From Planctomycetota bacterium (GTDB lineage: Bacteria; Planctomycetota; SZUA-567; H5-PLA8), in the NCBI GenBank assembly GCA_016200135.1, contig JACQFI010000008.1:7968-71967 (forward strand): a stretch of 64,000 bases of DNA, given 5' to 3'. The position numbers were made by a program, and so were the translations under genes. The stretch's first letter is position 1; each line of letters opens with the position of its first letter. Below the pieces are notes generated by a model. The model was not told where the DNA came from. It did no database searches and saw only the letters and a program-made list of their open reading frames with translations. Below, piece by piece: positions 1-9,104 of this stretch.

Positions 1-354
1 CGCTCGGGCGGGAGCCTGATCCGGCACCGCGAAGAGGTCGTCCGCGCGCAAGCGTGGATCGAGGCGCATTACACACGCCCGCTGGACCGCGAGGCTCTGG
101 CCGAACGGGTGGGCCTGAGCCCCACGCATCTGACGCACCTCTTTAAGCGGCTGACCGGCCGCTCGCCGCTGGAGCACCAGCAGCATCTGCGCATGGCCGA
201 GGCCAAGCGCCTCCTGCGCGAGGGCAAGCTCAAGATGCGCGAGGTCGCCCGGCGCGTCGGCTTCGAGGACCCGTACCACTTCAGCCGCGCGTTCAAGCGC
301 CACGAGGGCCATTCACCGCGCGGCTATCTGGATATGCTGCGCCGCGGCGGCTAG
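1..354 (+). CDS. AraC/XylS-family transcriptional regulator, C-terminal HTH portion (5' end lies outside the window)
   Basis: The frame is open from base 1. The translation LSPTHLTHLFKRLTGRSPLEHQQHLRMAEAKRLL...VGFEDPYHFSRAFKRHEGHSPRGY is a typical AraC double-HTH C-terminus. Confidence 0.75.
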   Translation, partial: RSGGSLIRHREEVVRAQAWIEAHYTRPLDREALAERVGLSPTHLTHLFKRLTGRSPLEHQQHLRMAEAKRLLREGKLKMREVARRVGFEDPYHFSRAFKRHEGHSPRGYLDMLRRGG

Positions 355-474
355 TTCTAGTCTGTCATAATCATCCATCTTTTTGTCTTGCCGGGTATCC
401 ATTTCAATGGGCTTATGGGGTACATAGGTGCAGCGTTGGTTGTCACAAACAAAGCACTTCTGGAGGCATTGGCC

Positions 475-1854
475 ATGAAAGAGAAGATCGTGCTCGTCGG
501 CGCGGGCAGCGCCATGTTCACGCGCGGGCTCGTCGCGGACCTGATCCGCCGCAACTGGGAGATCGAGCTGGCGCTCGTGGACACCGATCCCGAGGCGCTG
601 CGCGTGGCCGAGGGTCTGACGCAGAAGATGATCGAGGCCAAGCGTGCGCCGGTGAAGCTGCGCGCGGCGCTGGACCGGCGCGAGGTACTCGCGGATGCCA
701 CGGCCGTGATCTGTACCGTTGGCGTCGGCGGACGGAGAGGGTGGGAGCTGGACGTCCAGATCCCGCGCAAGTACGGCATTTACCAGCCGGTGGGCGACAG
801 CGTGATGCCCGGCGGGACTTCGCGCGCGCTGCGCATGATTCCGGCCATGATCGGCGTCGCGGAAGACGTGCTCGAACTGGCGCCGAACGCGCTCTTCTTC
901 AACTACGGCAACCCGATGGCCGCGACCTGCCGTGGCGTCCGCAAAGCCACCGGCGCGCCGGTCGTGGGCCTCTGCCACGGCGTCTACCATGTCGCGCAGC
1001 AACTCGCGCGCATGCTGGACGTCCCGTTCGCGGACTTCAAGTACACGGCCGTCGGCATCAACCACTGTACGTGGTTCGTCGAGTGCCGCGTCCGAGGTCA
1101 CGACGCGATGCCGCGCCTGCGCGAGGTCGCCGCGGAGCAGCTCGCCAAGATGGCGCAGGTGACCGACCTCGGCACGAAGATTCCCGAGGCCGGCGCGACC
1201 GAGAAGGAAGCGCTGAGCGCCGAGCGCTTGCAGCCGTTCTGCGGGAAGCTCTTCCATATCTTCGGCGCGTATCCGGCGGTGGGCGACCGGCACGTCAGCG
1301 AGTTCTTCCCGCGCTTCTTCCCCGGCGGCAAGTACCACGGCAAGACGCTGGGCGTGGACGCGTACAACATCGAGAAGGTGATCGCGTGGGGCGACAAGAT
1401 CTATGCGGATATGCGCGAGCTGGCGCTCGCGCCCAAGCCGCTGGAGGCCACGTTCTTCGATCAGTTCGGCGGCGAGCACGAGCAGGTGATCGACATCATC
1501 GACAGCATCCGCACCGACGCGGGCCGGGTGTACTCGGCGAACCTGCCCAACCAGGGCCAAGTGCCGAACCTTCCGCCCGAGGCCATCGTCGAAGGCCCCG
1601 CCGTCGCGGGTGCCTCGGGCTTGCGGCCCATCGCGCAGCCGCCGCTGGCGGCGGGCATCGCGGGGATGCTGGGCGACCGCTTCCAGTGGTGCGAGACCGT
1701 CGCGGAAGCGGCGATTGAAGGTAGCCGCGCCAAGTTCGTCCAGGCGCTGGTGCTGGATGGCGCGGTCTCGGACCTCGACGTGGCCGAGCGCCTGGCCGAC
1801 GACTTGCTCGCAGCGCATGCGCACCATCTGCCGCAGTTTAAAGGAAAGAGGTGA
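475..1854 (+). CDS. Glycoside hydrolase family 4 (NAD+/Mn2+-dependent alpha-glucosidase / 6-phospho-glucosidase-like)
   Basis: An N-terminal Rossmann motif MKEKIVLVGAGSAMF follows a GGAGG RBS 8 nt upstream of the ATG at 475. The overall GH4-like layout includes GINHCTWF and a C-terminal conserved region, in a 460 aa protein. Confidence 0.65.
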   Translation: MKEKIVLVGAGSAMFTRGLVADLIRRNWEIELALVDTDPEALRVAEGLTQKMIEAKRAPVKLRAALDRREVLADATAVICTVGVGGRRGWELDVQIPRKYGIYQPVGDSVMPGGTSRALRMIPAMIGVAEDVLELAPNALFFNYGNPMAATCRGVRKATGAPVVGLCHGVYHVAQQLARMLDVPFADFKYTAVGINHCTWFVECRVRGHDAMPRLREVAAEQLAKMAQVTDLGTKIPEAGATEKEALSAERLQPFCGKLFHIFGAYPAVGDRHVSEFFPRFFPGGKYHGKTLGVDAYNIEKVIAWGDKIYADMRELALAPKPLEATFFDQFGGEHEQVIDIIDSIRTDAGRVYSANLPNQGQVPNLPPEAIVEGPAVAGASGLRPIAQPPLAAGIAGMLGDRFQWCETVAEAAIEGSRAKFVQALVLDGAVSDLDVAERLADDLLAAHAHHLPQFKGKR

Positions 1855-1860
1855 TCCGCA

Positions 1861-3114
1861 ATGCCTGCCTGCACCCATGACACCGCCTGCGCGCTCCCAT
1901 CGGCAGCATTGGAGGCCGCGCAAGCTCGCGTACGCGACCTCGCTGCCGCCCGTCAGCCGGGGTACTCGCTGGCGCAGCCGTTCTACTGCGACGAGGACGT
2001 CTTCCGCGTCGACCTCGAGCGCGTATTCAAGCGCTACTGGCTCTTCGCGGGCCATGTGTGCCAGATTCCGCGCAAGGGCGATTACTTCACCTGGCGCGTG
2101 GGTAACGACCCGCTCGTGATCGTGCGCGGCGAGGGCGGGGCGGTGCACGCGCACCACAACGTCTGCCCGCACCGGGGCTCGATCCTGACCGACAAGCCCT
2201 GCGGCCACGCGAACAAGTTCGTCTGCCCGTACCATCAGTGGGTCTTTGAGCCCGACGGCCGGCTCTTCTCGGCGCGGCACATGCCGGAGGACTTCGAGAA
2301 GGCCGCGTTCGGGCTGCGGCCGGTGCATGTCCGTGTGCTGCACGGGCTGATCTATATCTGCCTCGCGGAGAATCCGCCGCCGTTCGAGCCCATTGCGCGG
2401 GACGTGGGCCCGTTCATGGAGCCCTACGAGATGGAGCGCGTGAAGAGCGCCTGTTCGAAGCACTACGAGCTCCATGCGAACTGGAAGCTGATCACGGAGA
2501 ACTTCCGCGAGTGCTACCACTGCGCGGGCGGGCATCCCGAGTACTGCCGCGTTGTGCTCGGCGCGGGTACCGACCACCCGGTGTACTCGAAGGACAAGCA
2601 CAAGGACGTCTGGGCCGACCGCGAGGCCCACTGGAAGCGCTCGGGGCTCGCCACGGGCGCCGTGCGGTTCAAGATGGATTCGTGGTACCACTGCGCGCGA
2701 TATCCGTTCCGGCCGGGCGCGGTGAGCCAGACGCCGGACGGCAAGCCCTGCGCGCCGCTGCTCGGCCGCATCCCCGACCGCGACGCGGGCGTCTTCGCCA
2801 TCGTCACCTATCCGAACTTCTGGCATGAGTCCTCCGGCGATTACTTCATGACGATCCGCATCACGCCGCTTGGCGCCTCCCGCTGCGACGCCGATGTGGC
2901 CTGGTACGTGCGCGAGGACGCCGTCGAGGGCCGGGACTACGATCCCGAGCGGGTCTCGGCGTTCTGGCGCGCCACGGCGGAGCAGGACTGGAAGCTTGGC
3001 GAGGACAACCAGGCCGGCATCCTGTCCTCAGCCTACCGTCCGGGGCCTTACGGACCGCTCGAGACCGAGATCGAACTCTTTATCCATTGGTACTTAAAGC
3101 AGGTCGCGGGGTAA
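1861..3114 (+). CDS. Rieske [2Fe-2S] non-heme iron oxygenase, alpha (catalytic) subunit-like
   Basis: The Rieske motif CPHRGS...CPYHQW (CxH-X17-CxxH) is followed by a mononuclear-iron catalytic domain. The RBS AGGAAAGAGG is upstream. No beta subunit or reductase gene is adjacent. Confidence 0.75.
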   Translation: MPACTHDTACALPSAALEAAQARVRDLAAARQPGYSLAQPFYCDEDVFRVDLERVFKRYWLFAGHVCQIPRKGDYFTWRVGNDPLVIVRGEGGAVHAHHNVCPHRGSILTDKPCGHANKFVCPYHQWVFEPDGRLFSARHMPEDFEKAAFGLRPVHVRVLHGLIYICLAENPPPFEPIARDVGPFMEPYEMERVKSACSKHYELHANWKLITENFRECYHCAGGHPEYCRVVLGAGTDHPVYSKDKHKDVWADREAHWKRSGLATGAVRFKMDSWYHCARYPFRPGAVSQTPDGKPCAPLLGRIPDRDAGVFAIVTYPNFWHESSGDYFMTIRITPLGASRCDADVAWYVREDAVEGRDYDPERVSAFWRATAEQDWKLGEDNQAGILSSAYRPGPYGPLETEIELFIHWYLKQVAG

Positions 3115-3137
3115 CGCTCCCTCCAACAGTCTCTCCT

Positions 3138-3230
3138 TCTCCCGCCTTGGCGGGAGAGGGTGGGCGATCTCTGCAAGTACACCTGCCCCCTCACCCTGCA
3201 CCCTCTCCCCCAACGCGTTGGGGGAGAGGG
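3138..3230. repeat. GC-rich palindromic hairpin pair (CTCCCGCC..GGCGGGAGA and a perfect 30-bp palindrome CCCTCTCCCCCAACGCGTTGGGGGAGAGGG)
   Basis: Self-complementarity read directly from the sequence. The element lies just after the Rieske oxygenase stop codon. It belongs to the same family as the elements at 7103-7204 and 57966-57988. Confidence 0.7.
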
Positions 3231-3376
3231 AGACATCGCGGAAGTTTCCCCGGGTATTGAGCGCTTTGGGTTAGCCCAGCAACAGATAGGTGTCCTCAAG
3301 ATTCCGTCTAAGATGTCCGCCGCAGGGCCAGTCTTTTCTCCGATTACGCTGGGGGCGATAACCGGAGGAACGTGAC

Positions 3377-3808
3377 ATGACCTGCTCGCGCTACATGACC
3401 TTAAGCCTGCTGCTCTGCCTGAGTGCCTGCGCGCTGGGCCGCGGCGCTGCCGCCGAAGAGCAGAAGAAGCCCGCGAACACGGCCGAGTTCCTGCAGGGCA
3501 AATGGGAAGGCACGACGCCCAAGGGCAAGTTCGACCTCGTCTTCGATGAGAAGGGCGCGTTCGTCTCGGGGCACTTCTTCAACTTCCCGCTTTCCAAGTG
3601 CACCATCAAGAGCGTCTCGCCGATGGCCTTCGAAGTGGTCTACGCGATCGAGAAGATGGGCGGCATGACGGTCACCGTGCAGTTCAAGGACGGGCAGATC
3701 GGCAAGGACTTCAAGAGCGTCACCGGCACGTTCAACACGATGCTGGACAAGGGCGAGTTCAAGATGGCGAAGGGCGACGCGCCGGCGGAGAAGAAGGCGG
3801 GCAAGTAA
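3377..3808 (+). CDS. Small secreted hypothetical protein (signal peptide)
   Basis: Hydrophobic N-terminus MTLSLLLCLSACALG, 143 aa, and a clean ORF in a coding-like high-GC frame. Confidence 0.45.
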   Translation: MTCSRYMTLSLLLCLSACALGRGAAAEEQKKPANTAEFLQGKWEGTTPKGKFDLVFDEKGAFVSGHFFNFPLSKCTIKSVSPMAFEVVYAIEKMGGMTVTVQFKDGQIGKDFKSVTGTFNTMLDKGEFKMAKGDAPAEKKAGK

Positions 3809-3863
3809 GCCCCGCCTATTTTACGTCTTCCTCGCCGAATCCCCTGCCGCGAGGCGCCGGCGA

Positions 3864-4400
3864 TCAGCGCCGATGGCCGCGGAATCCGTGGCCGTGAAAG
3901 GCGCGCCCGCCGGATCCATGATGATGGAAGCGGCGTCCCCCACGGAACTCGAAATCGATGTGCGGGCCCGAGACATACGGTCCGTAGTATGCGCGCGGTT
4001 CGCGGCTTTCGCGGATATCCTTGGCCTGATCCTTCATGTCGTTCATGATCTTCTTGTCGGGAACCCCCCGGCCGTCCTCATCGACCGCATGCCGGCTCGA
4101 AGTCAGGCTGGTTCCATAGGGCCGGGTATCGAGCAGGGCGATCGAGTCGCCGGAGACGATCCAATTGTAATCCTTCCAGACGAAGTAGCGCCTGCCGTCG
4201 GGATTCGCGCTGGCACTCGAAAAGACCAGGCGGTCGTCGTCGAACTTCCAGGTGTGCTTGGTCTCGAAGACGGCGTTCTCGGGTATGCCCGCATAGGGTG
4301 ACGGGCCTCCATCCTGCGCGAGGGCCGGGCGTGTCGCGGCGGTCAGTCCCAGCAGCAGCAGCCCGCATAAACCCGCTCGGCATGAAATAGTTCTAGCCAT
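3864..4400 (-). CDS. Secreted hypothetical protein
   Basis: Start MARTISCRAGLCGLLLLGLTAATRPALAQ (signal peptide), with a GGAGG RBS upstream of the ATG at 4400. The listed longer ORF to 4742 has no better start. Confidence 0.5.
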   Translation of the reverse strand: MARTISCRAGLCGLLLLGLTAATRPALAQDGGPSPYAGIPENAVFETKHTWKFDDDRLVFSSASANPDGRRYFVWKDYNWIVSGDSIALLDTRPYGTSLTSSRHAVDEDGRGVPDKKIMNDMKDQAKDIRESREPRAYYGPYVSGPHIDFEFRGGRRFHHHGSGGRAFHGHGFRGHRR

Positions 4401-4513
4401 TTGGGATCCTCCCAATCGATCCTCCCCCTGGGTCCTCCTATGTATATAGGTTGGCAGATGGTTCGTGCTATTCCTGGAATGAGCCCGTAATTCCTCGGTT
4501 CCCGCCGCTTCGT

Positions 4514-4777
4514 TCAGGAGAGCAGCCAAGCGGCCACGGCGGCCAGCGCCAGCGCGGCTGCGTAGAGTGCGTAACGCGTCAGGGGATTCACGAAGCGCTC
4601 GCGCTTGTCCACCATCCGCATGCGCCACGACGGCGTGTGCCGCACGGCCCCGAACTTCGCGTGGCAGATCCCGCAGAGCAGCCGGCCCGAGTGGTTGAGC
4701 GCGCCGTGGATGCCGTGCAGGGAGATTCCACACACCCCGCAAGTGCCTTCGTGTCGGATCGTGCGCCGGTTGTTCAT
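4514..4777 (-). CDS. Small zinc-ribbon (2x CxxC) protein with a C-terminal transmembrane helix
   Basis: CGVCG...CGIC motif pair, a C-terminal LYAAALALAAVAAWLL helix, and an AAAGGAG RBS 9 nt upstream of the ATG. Confidence 0.45.
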   Translation of the reverse strand: MNNRRTIRHEGTCGVCGISLHGIHGALNHSGRLLCGICHAKFGAVRHTPSWRMRMVDKRERFVNPLTRYALYAAALALAAVAAWLLS

Positions 4778-4947
4778 GGCTCGAACACTCCTTTTGCTGG
4801 TTTTGCCTTCACGCGTCCCTTTCCCACTTCACGCGAAGTTAAAGGGCAAAGAGCGGGCCGGAATTCCTGGAATCGCTGCGCCGAATCCATTGTTCAAACG
4901 GACAACAGGGCTTGCCTTTGTGGCGCCGGCGTCTCGCTGCATCCGTG

Positions 4948-5240
4948 GCTCCGCCGTCTCGGCGGAGGTCCCAGCGGCGTCCTGCTGCTGTTGCGCCGGC
5001 GAGGACGCCGGCGCGACGAACTCCGCCGGGACGGCGGAGCTACGAACGGCGGCTGCGAACTCCGCCGGGACGGCGGAGCCACGAACGGCGGCTGCGTACT
5101 CCGCCGGGACGGCGGAGCTACGAACAGCGGCTGCGAACTCCGCCGGGACGGCGGAGCCACCAACAGCGGGCACGAACAGCGGGCACGAACAGCGGGCACG
5201 AACAGCGGGCACGAACAGCCGAACAGCGGGCACGAACGGC
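4948..5240. repeat. Intergenic repeat region: hairpin CTCCGCC-N5-GGCGGAG, then 4 tandem 39-bp units each containing that hairpin, then about 5 tandem 13-bp GAACAGCGGGCAC units
   Basis: Read directly from the sequence. The 39-bp units lie at about 5018-5173 and the 13-bp units at about 5174-5237. Unit lengths 13 and 39 show no coding-like codon structure. Confidence 0.8.
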
Positions 5241-5352
5241 AGAGCCAACATAAATGGTAAGTATTGACAAGTATTGGAAAGATAAGATACTAAAACAAAC
5301 CTCCTGGGTGGGGTATAAAAGGGCAACTAGTGAGCTACGGAGAAACCAGCCC

Positions 5353-6456
5353 ATGAGCACGACTCTGACGCCGACCCTTTCCCAACTTGAGACGCCCGCA
5401 GCCAAGGCCCAGGCCATCCGCTGTGTGGACTGCGACGTCCACCAGTCCGTTGGCCTGGGGCAGTTCCGCGAGTACATGCCGCAGCCGTTCAAGCGCATGG
5501 CCGAGAGCGGCTGCGCGCCGGGGCATCTGGGACTCTACAATCCCATCGGCGTCACGCGCCCGGATACCATCGAGGCGGACGGCAAGCCCGCTGCGTCCAA
5601 GCCCGACGGCCTCGCGCGCATGCTGCTCGAGCCGTACGGCATCGACGTGGCGCTGCTCACCGGCGGCGTCTACGGCTTCTCCTCGCACCCGGACCCCGAC
5701 TACGCCGCCGCCGTCTGCAGCGCGTACAACACCTACATGATCGAACACTGGCTGCCGAAGGACCCGCGCTTCCGGCTCGCGATCAACGTTGCGACGCAGG
5801 ACCCGCTGCTGGCCGCTCAGGAGATCGAGCGCGTCGGGGCGCACCCCGGCGTGAGCGCGGTGGTGATCTCGTCGGCCACGCAGCACCCGCTTGGACAGCG
5901 CACGTACCACCCGATGTACGCCGCCGCCGAGAAGATGGGCCTGCCGTTCTGCCTGCATCCCGGCCACGAAGGCACGGGCATCACCAACGCGCCCACGGCC
6001 GCGGGGTATCCCACGCGGTACCTGGAATGGCACACGGGCATCAGTTGCACCTTCCAGGCGCACCTGGTCAGCATGGTCTGCGAGGGCGTCTTCCAGAAGT
6101 TCCCGGAACTGAAGATCGTGCTCGTCGAGGGCGGGATCTCGTGGCTGGCCCCGCTGCTCTGGCGCTTCGACAAGAACTGGAAGGCGCTGCGATCGACCGT
6201 GCCGTGGCTCACGCGCCCGCCCAGCGAGACCATTCAAGGCCGCGTCTTCATGACCACGCAGCCGATCGAGGAGCCGCCCGAACACGGCCAGCTCAAGCAG
6301 CTCTTCGAGATGTTCGACGCCGAGAAGATGCTGCTCTACAGCTCCGACTTTCCGCACTGGGACGGCGACACCCCCGACTATGTCGTGCGCGGCTTCTCCG
6401 AGACGTTCAAGCGCCGCGTGCTGGCGGAGAACGCGATCGAGCTGTTTGGGCTCTAA
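5353..6456 (+). CDS. Amidohydrolase-2 (metal-dependent TIM-barrel hydrolase/decarboxylase, ACMSD-like) family protein
   Basis: Start MSTTLTPT with a GGAG RBS. Family-like segments include ...FCLHPGHEGTG..., ...LVEGGISWL... and SSDFPHWD near the C-terminus. Confidence 0.65.
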   Translation: MSTTLTPTLSQLETPAAKAQAIRCVDCDVHQSVGLGQFREYMPQPFKRMAESGCAPGHLGLYNPIGVTRPDTIEADGKPAASKPDGLARMLLEPYGIDVALLTGGVYGFSSHPDPDYAAAVCSAYNTYMIEHWLPKDPRFRLAINVATQDPLLAAQEIERVGAHPGVSAVVISSATQHPLGQRTYHPMYAAAEKMGLPFCLHPGHEGTGITNAPTAAGYPTRYLEWHTGISCTFQAHLVSMVCEGVFQKFPELKIVLVEGGISWLAPLLWRFDKNWKALRSTVPWLTRPPSETIQGRVFMTTQPIEEPPEHGQLKQLFEMFDAEKMLLYSSDFPHWDGDTPDYVVRGFSETFKRRVLAENAIELFGL

Positions 6457-6537
6457 AGAGCCAAAGAACGAAGGACCGCCGGATAGCAGACCTTTGACTT
6501 TTGGACCTGCAGACGTTCGACCAGGGATTCCGGGAGA

Positions 6538-6918
6538 ATGAACATGACTGCGGTTTCCGCGCCCACGCGCACCAAACATGAAGTTGCCAAGGCCGCGGAC
6601 CTGCCGCCGGGCGCGCGCAAGATCGTGAAGGCCGGGCGCTTCCAGATCGGCGTCTTCAACGTGAACGGGCAGTACCGCGCGGTGCTGAACATCTGCCCGC
6701 ACGAGCTGGCCCCGGTCTGCAAGGGTCCCGTGCGCGGCACGATGCTCCCTTCGAAGGTCGGCGAGTACACCTGGGGCTGCGACGGCGAGATCCTCTCCTG
6801 TCCGTGGCACGGCTGGGAGTTCAACCTGCACGACGGCAAGAGCCTGCACGACCCCAAGTGCCATCTCAAGACGTTCGAGGTCCTGGTGGAGGAGGGGACG
6901 GTCTTTGTGCTGGTGTGA
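6538..6918 (+). CDS. Rieske [2Fe-2S] ferredoxin-domain protein
   Basis: CPHE...CPWHGW Rieske motif in a 126 aa protein. It sits next to the amidohydrolase gene. Confidence 0.7.
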   Translation: MNMTAVSAPTRTKHEVAKAADLPPGARKIVKAGRFQIGVFNVNGQYRAVLNICPHELAPVCKGPVRGTMLPSKVGEYTWGCDGEILSCPWHGWEFNLHDGKSLHDPKCHLKTFEVLVEEGTVFVLV

Positions 6919-7102
6919 ACGGCGGCTCTTGGCTCCTGGCGCGCGGTTCGTTGCCCCTGGCGCGCAGCTCTTGGCTCTTTGGTGTGGCGAACAGGACTTG
7001 GGTTGAGACCATTGGGTCATTGGCCGATACCTCTCTTTGTGTGTCGCGAGCCATGACCCGCAAACCAAAAGCCGCGAGTGTAGTGCCCCACGCTTCGTGA
7101 AG

Positions 7103-7204
7103 TTTTCCCCTCCCCCCTTGAGGGGGAGGGTTAGGGAGGGGGGAAGTCGTGGGTTTATCTACCCCCCACCCTTACCCTCCCCCTCAAGGGGGGAGGGGGA
7201 AAAC
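7103..7204. repeat. About 100-bp near-perfect palindrome made of two CCCTCCCCC/GGGGGAGGG hairpins; the G-rich arm GGGGGAGGGTTAGGGAGGGGGG can form a G-quadruplex
   Basis: TTTTCCCCTCCCCCC at 7103 is the reverse complement of GGGGGGAGGGGGAAAA at 7188. There are four G-tracts with 1-3 nt loops. The element is intergenic between the Rieske ferredoxin and AraC genes. Confidence 0.75.
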
Positions 7205-7256
7205 GACGACATTTGTAGGGCACCACACTAGCCGCGAGCCAGGAGCCGCTGTTCCC

Positions 7257-8321
7257 ATGACCCGCGCCCCGCGCATCGTCCGGGCCGTGCCGAGTCCGCA
7301 TCAGACGCAGTTGGAGACCACCGTCGAGAACCTCGAGGGTGGGCTCATCGAACGTCTCTTCCTTTCGCATCAGCGTGCGGACCCGATCCCGACCTATCAC
7401 AACCACGCCGGCGAACAGTTCATCGTGGCGCTCGAGGGCGAGAGCAACCTCGAGGTCCTTCGCGGCGCGGGCGCCAAAGCGCAGACGGCCACTTTCCCGA
7501 TCCGCGAAGGCGACGTGGCCGTGCTCAGCGCACTGAAGCCGCACCGCTGGATCACGAGCCACGGCGAACTGGCCGCGCTGGCGATCAACCTGGCGTCGCC
7601 GGACGCGGAGGTCCGCCGCGGCAATCCCAATCGCGGCGAGTTCGAGGACCTCGTGGCGCTGCTTATGGGCAGCGGCGAGCCGGAACATCTGCGCGGCTTG
7701 GTTAAAGGCGACGCCGCGTTCAAGCGCCTCGTGGAGGAGTACCAGGCCGAGGCGCGCCTCCGCCGGGCCGGCATGAAGTTCCGCATCGGCGCGCTCTGCG
7801 CGGAGATGCTGGTGCACATGGCCCGCGCGCGGGCGGGGATCGTGCCGGGCGGTGCGGGTGCGCGGGCGCCCGCGTCGTCGCGCCCGGCGGCGCGAAGTCT
7901 CGCGGAGAAGACGCTCCGGTCGGAAGAACCGCTTCCCATTGGCGGAAGTCCCGCCGCGCAGCTCGCGCCGCGCCTCTCGCCCCTGCATTACGTCGACCGC
8001 GCGCGCGAGTACCTCCACACCGACTATCGCCGCGCCATCGCGCTCCCGGAACTCGCCGAACGCGTGGGCCTCTCCGTCACGCATCTGCACCGGCTCTTTG
8101 TGGGCCAGCTTAAGGTCCCGCCCATGGCGTATCTGCGGCAGTACCGCCTCAAGCGCGCGGGCGAACTGCTCGCCGCCACCGCGCGGCCCGTGCGCGAGAT
8201 CGCGCGCGAGGTCGGCTTCCCCGAGCCCGAGCGCTTCACCAAGGCGTTCCACCGCGCGTTCGGCTGCTCGCCCCGCGACTACCGCAAGGCCGCCTTGAAG
8301 ACCGAGCCCGCGCCGTTGTGA
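7257..8321 (+). CDS. AraC-family transcriptional regulator with N-terminal cupin-like sensor domain
   Basis: The C-terminal AraC HTH reads LSVTHLHRLFVGQLKVPPMAYLRQYRLKRAGELL...VGFPEPERFTKAFHRAFGCSPRDY. The ATG at 7257 follows the palindrome. Confidence 0.7.
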   Translation: MTRAPRIVRAVPSPHQTQLETTVENLEGGLIERLFLSHQRADPIPTYHNHAGEQFIVALEGESNLEVLRGAGAKAQTATFPIREGDVAVLSALKPHRWITSHGELAALAINLASPDAEVRRGNPNRGEFEDLVALLMGSGEPEHLRGLVKGDAAFKRLVEEYQAEARLRRAGMKFRIGALCAEMLVHMARARAGIVPGGAGARAPASSRPAARSLAEKTLRSEEPLPIGGSPAAQLAPRLSPLHYVDRAREYLHTDYRRAIALPELAERVGLSVTHLHRLFVGQLKVPPMAYLRQYRLKRAGELLAATARPVREIAREVGFPEPERFTKAFHRAFGCSPRDYRKAALKTEPAPL

Positions 8322-8417
8322 GGCGTAATACGTAATACGCAATGCGTAAGAAGGGCAGTGGACCGGGAATCCCGCGTCTCGTCCCATGCCCCGCGTTCCT
8401 CGGCGGCAAAACGCCGC

Positions 8418-8640
8418 TGAGACCTCCGCCGGGACGGCGGAGCCACGGAACCAAGCCGTTAGCCCCGGCAAGCCGGGGCTAACGGCCACGGCGCCAGCGA
8501 ACGCAAATAGATCTGGCAAGCCGGGACTAACGGCAACGGAACTAGCGAACGGCAACGGAACCAGCGAACGGCAACGGAACCAGCGAACGGCAACGGAACC
8601 AGCGAACGGCAACGGAACCAGTGAACGCAACAGACCCAGC
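8418..8640. repeat. Intergenic repeat region: GAGACCTCCGCCGGGACGGCGGAG hairpin element, a 14-bp-stem hairpin GCCGTTAGCCCCGG-CAAG-CCGGGGCTAACGGC, then 4-5 tandem 19-bp AGCGAACGGCAACGGAACC units
   Basis: Read directly from the sequence. The 19-bp unit has no codon periodicity. The same 24-nt hairpin element occurs at 5018 onward and at 57207-57231. Confidence 0.8.
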
Positions 8641-8704
8641 AAGGCAGGAAACGGCAGCGGACTCTGCGAACGCCAACTGACGCCCTGTTGCTCATCGAGA
8701 CGAT

Positions 8705-9055
8705 TTACTTTCGTTCTACGAGGACAAGGTCGCCCGGCTTCAAGGAAACAACGGCTTCCTTGGGGACCTCGACCAAATACTGGCGCATCTCGAAAAATAT
8801 CCGGCTGCTCTTCTCGCTGGACCACGATGGATCAGGCGAATACTCGGTGGTCACGAGATCGACCACGCGACTTTCGACTTCACCCATGTTTGAAGTCGGT
8901 ATCCGTAATTCAGCGCCTTCAACGAGCGGAAGATCGCGTTCGCCGCGATACTTAAATTCCAGATAGAGCCACAGCGACCCGCAGAAGCCCGGGTCATCCG
9001 GATTCCGCTGTTCGGGCAGGCAGAACTCGGCTTCGACCACTTCGTATTGGTCCAT
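8705..9055 (-). CDS. Hypothetical protein (116 aa)
   Basis: An ORF co-directional with and immediately downstream of the 9105-10550 gene. No recognisable domain. Confidence 0.35.
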   Translation of the reverse strand: MDQYEVVEAEFCLPEQRNPDDPGFCGSLWLYLEFKYRGERDLPLVEGAELRIPTSNMGEVESRVVDLVTTEYSPDPSWSSEKSSRIFFEMRQYLVEVPKEAVVSLKPGDLVLVERK

Positions 9056-9104
9056 GCAGGGAACTCTACCTTACAAAGCGGTTCGCCGCTAACGAGCGCC
9101 CACT

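Noticed and set aside
313-2826. Long antisense ORFs listed in the six-frame track. Examples are 313-2826(-), 5335-7068(-), 7155-8825(-), 9411-10604(+), 19830-20924(-), 21089-23398(-), 23936-25282(-), 25870-26937(-), 29068-31143(+), 31699-34188(+), 36405-37613(-), 46526-47320(+), 47366-48484(+), 50826-52784(+), 55614-57005(+) and 61575-62723(+).
   Set aside because: They overlap, on the opposite strand, genes with clear domain signatures. Their translations are Arg/Ala/Gly-rich low-complexity strings typical of shadow ORFs in high-GC DNA, and they lack recognisable motifs or RBSs.
5018-5240. Possible CRISPR array (regular short repeats).
   Set aside because: The repeat units are contiguous, with no unique spacers. 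The 20-nt segment between hairpins is itself repeated identically. This is a tandem repeat, not repeat-spacer architecture. The same applies to 8541-8640.
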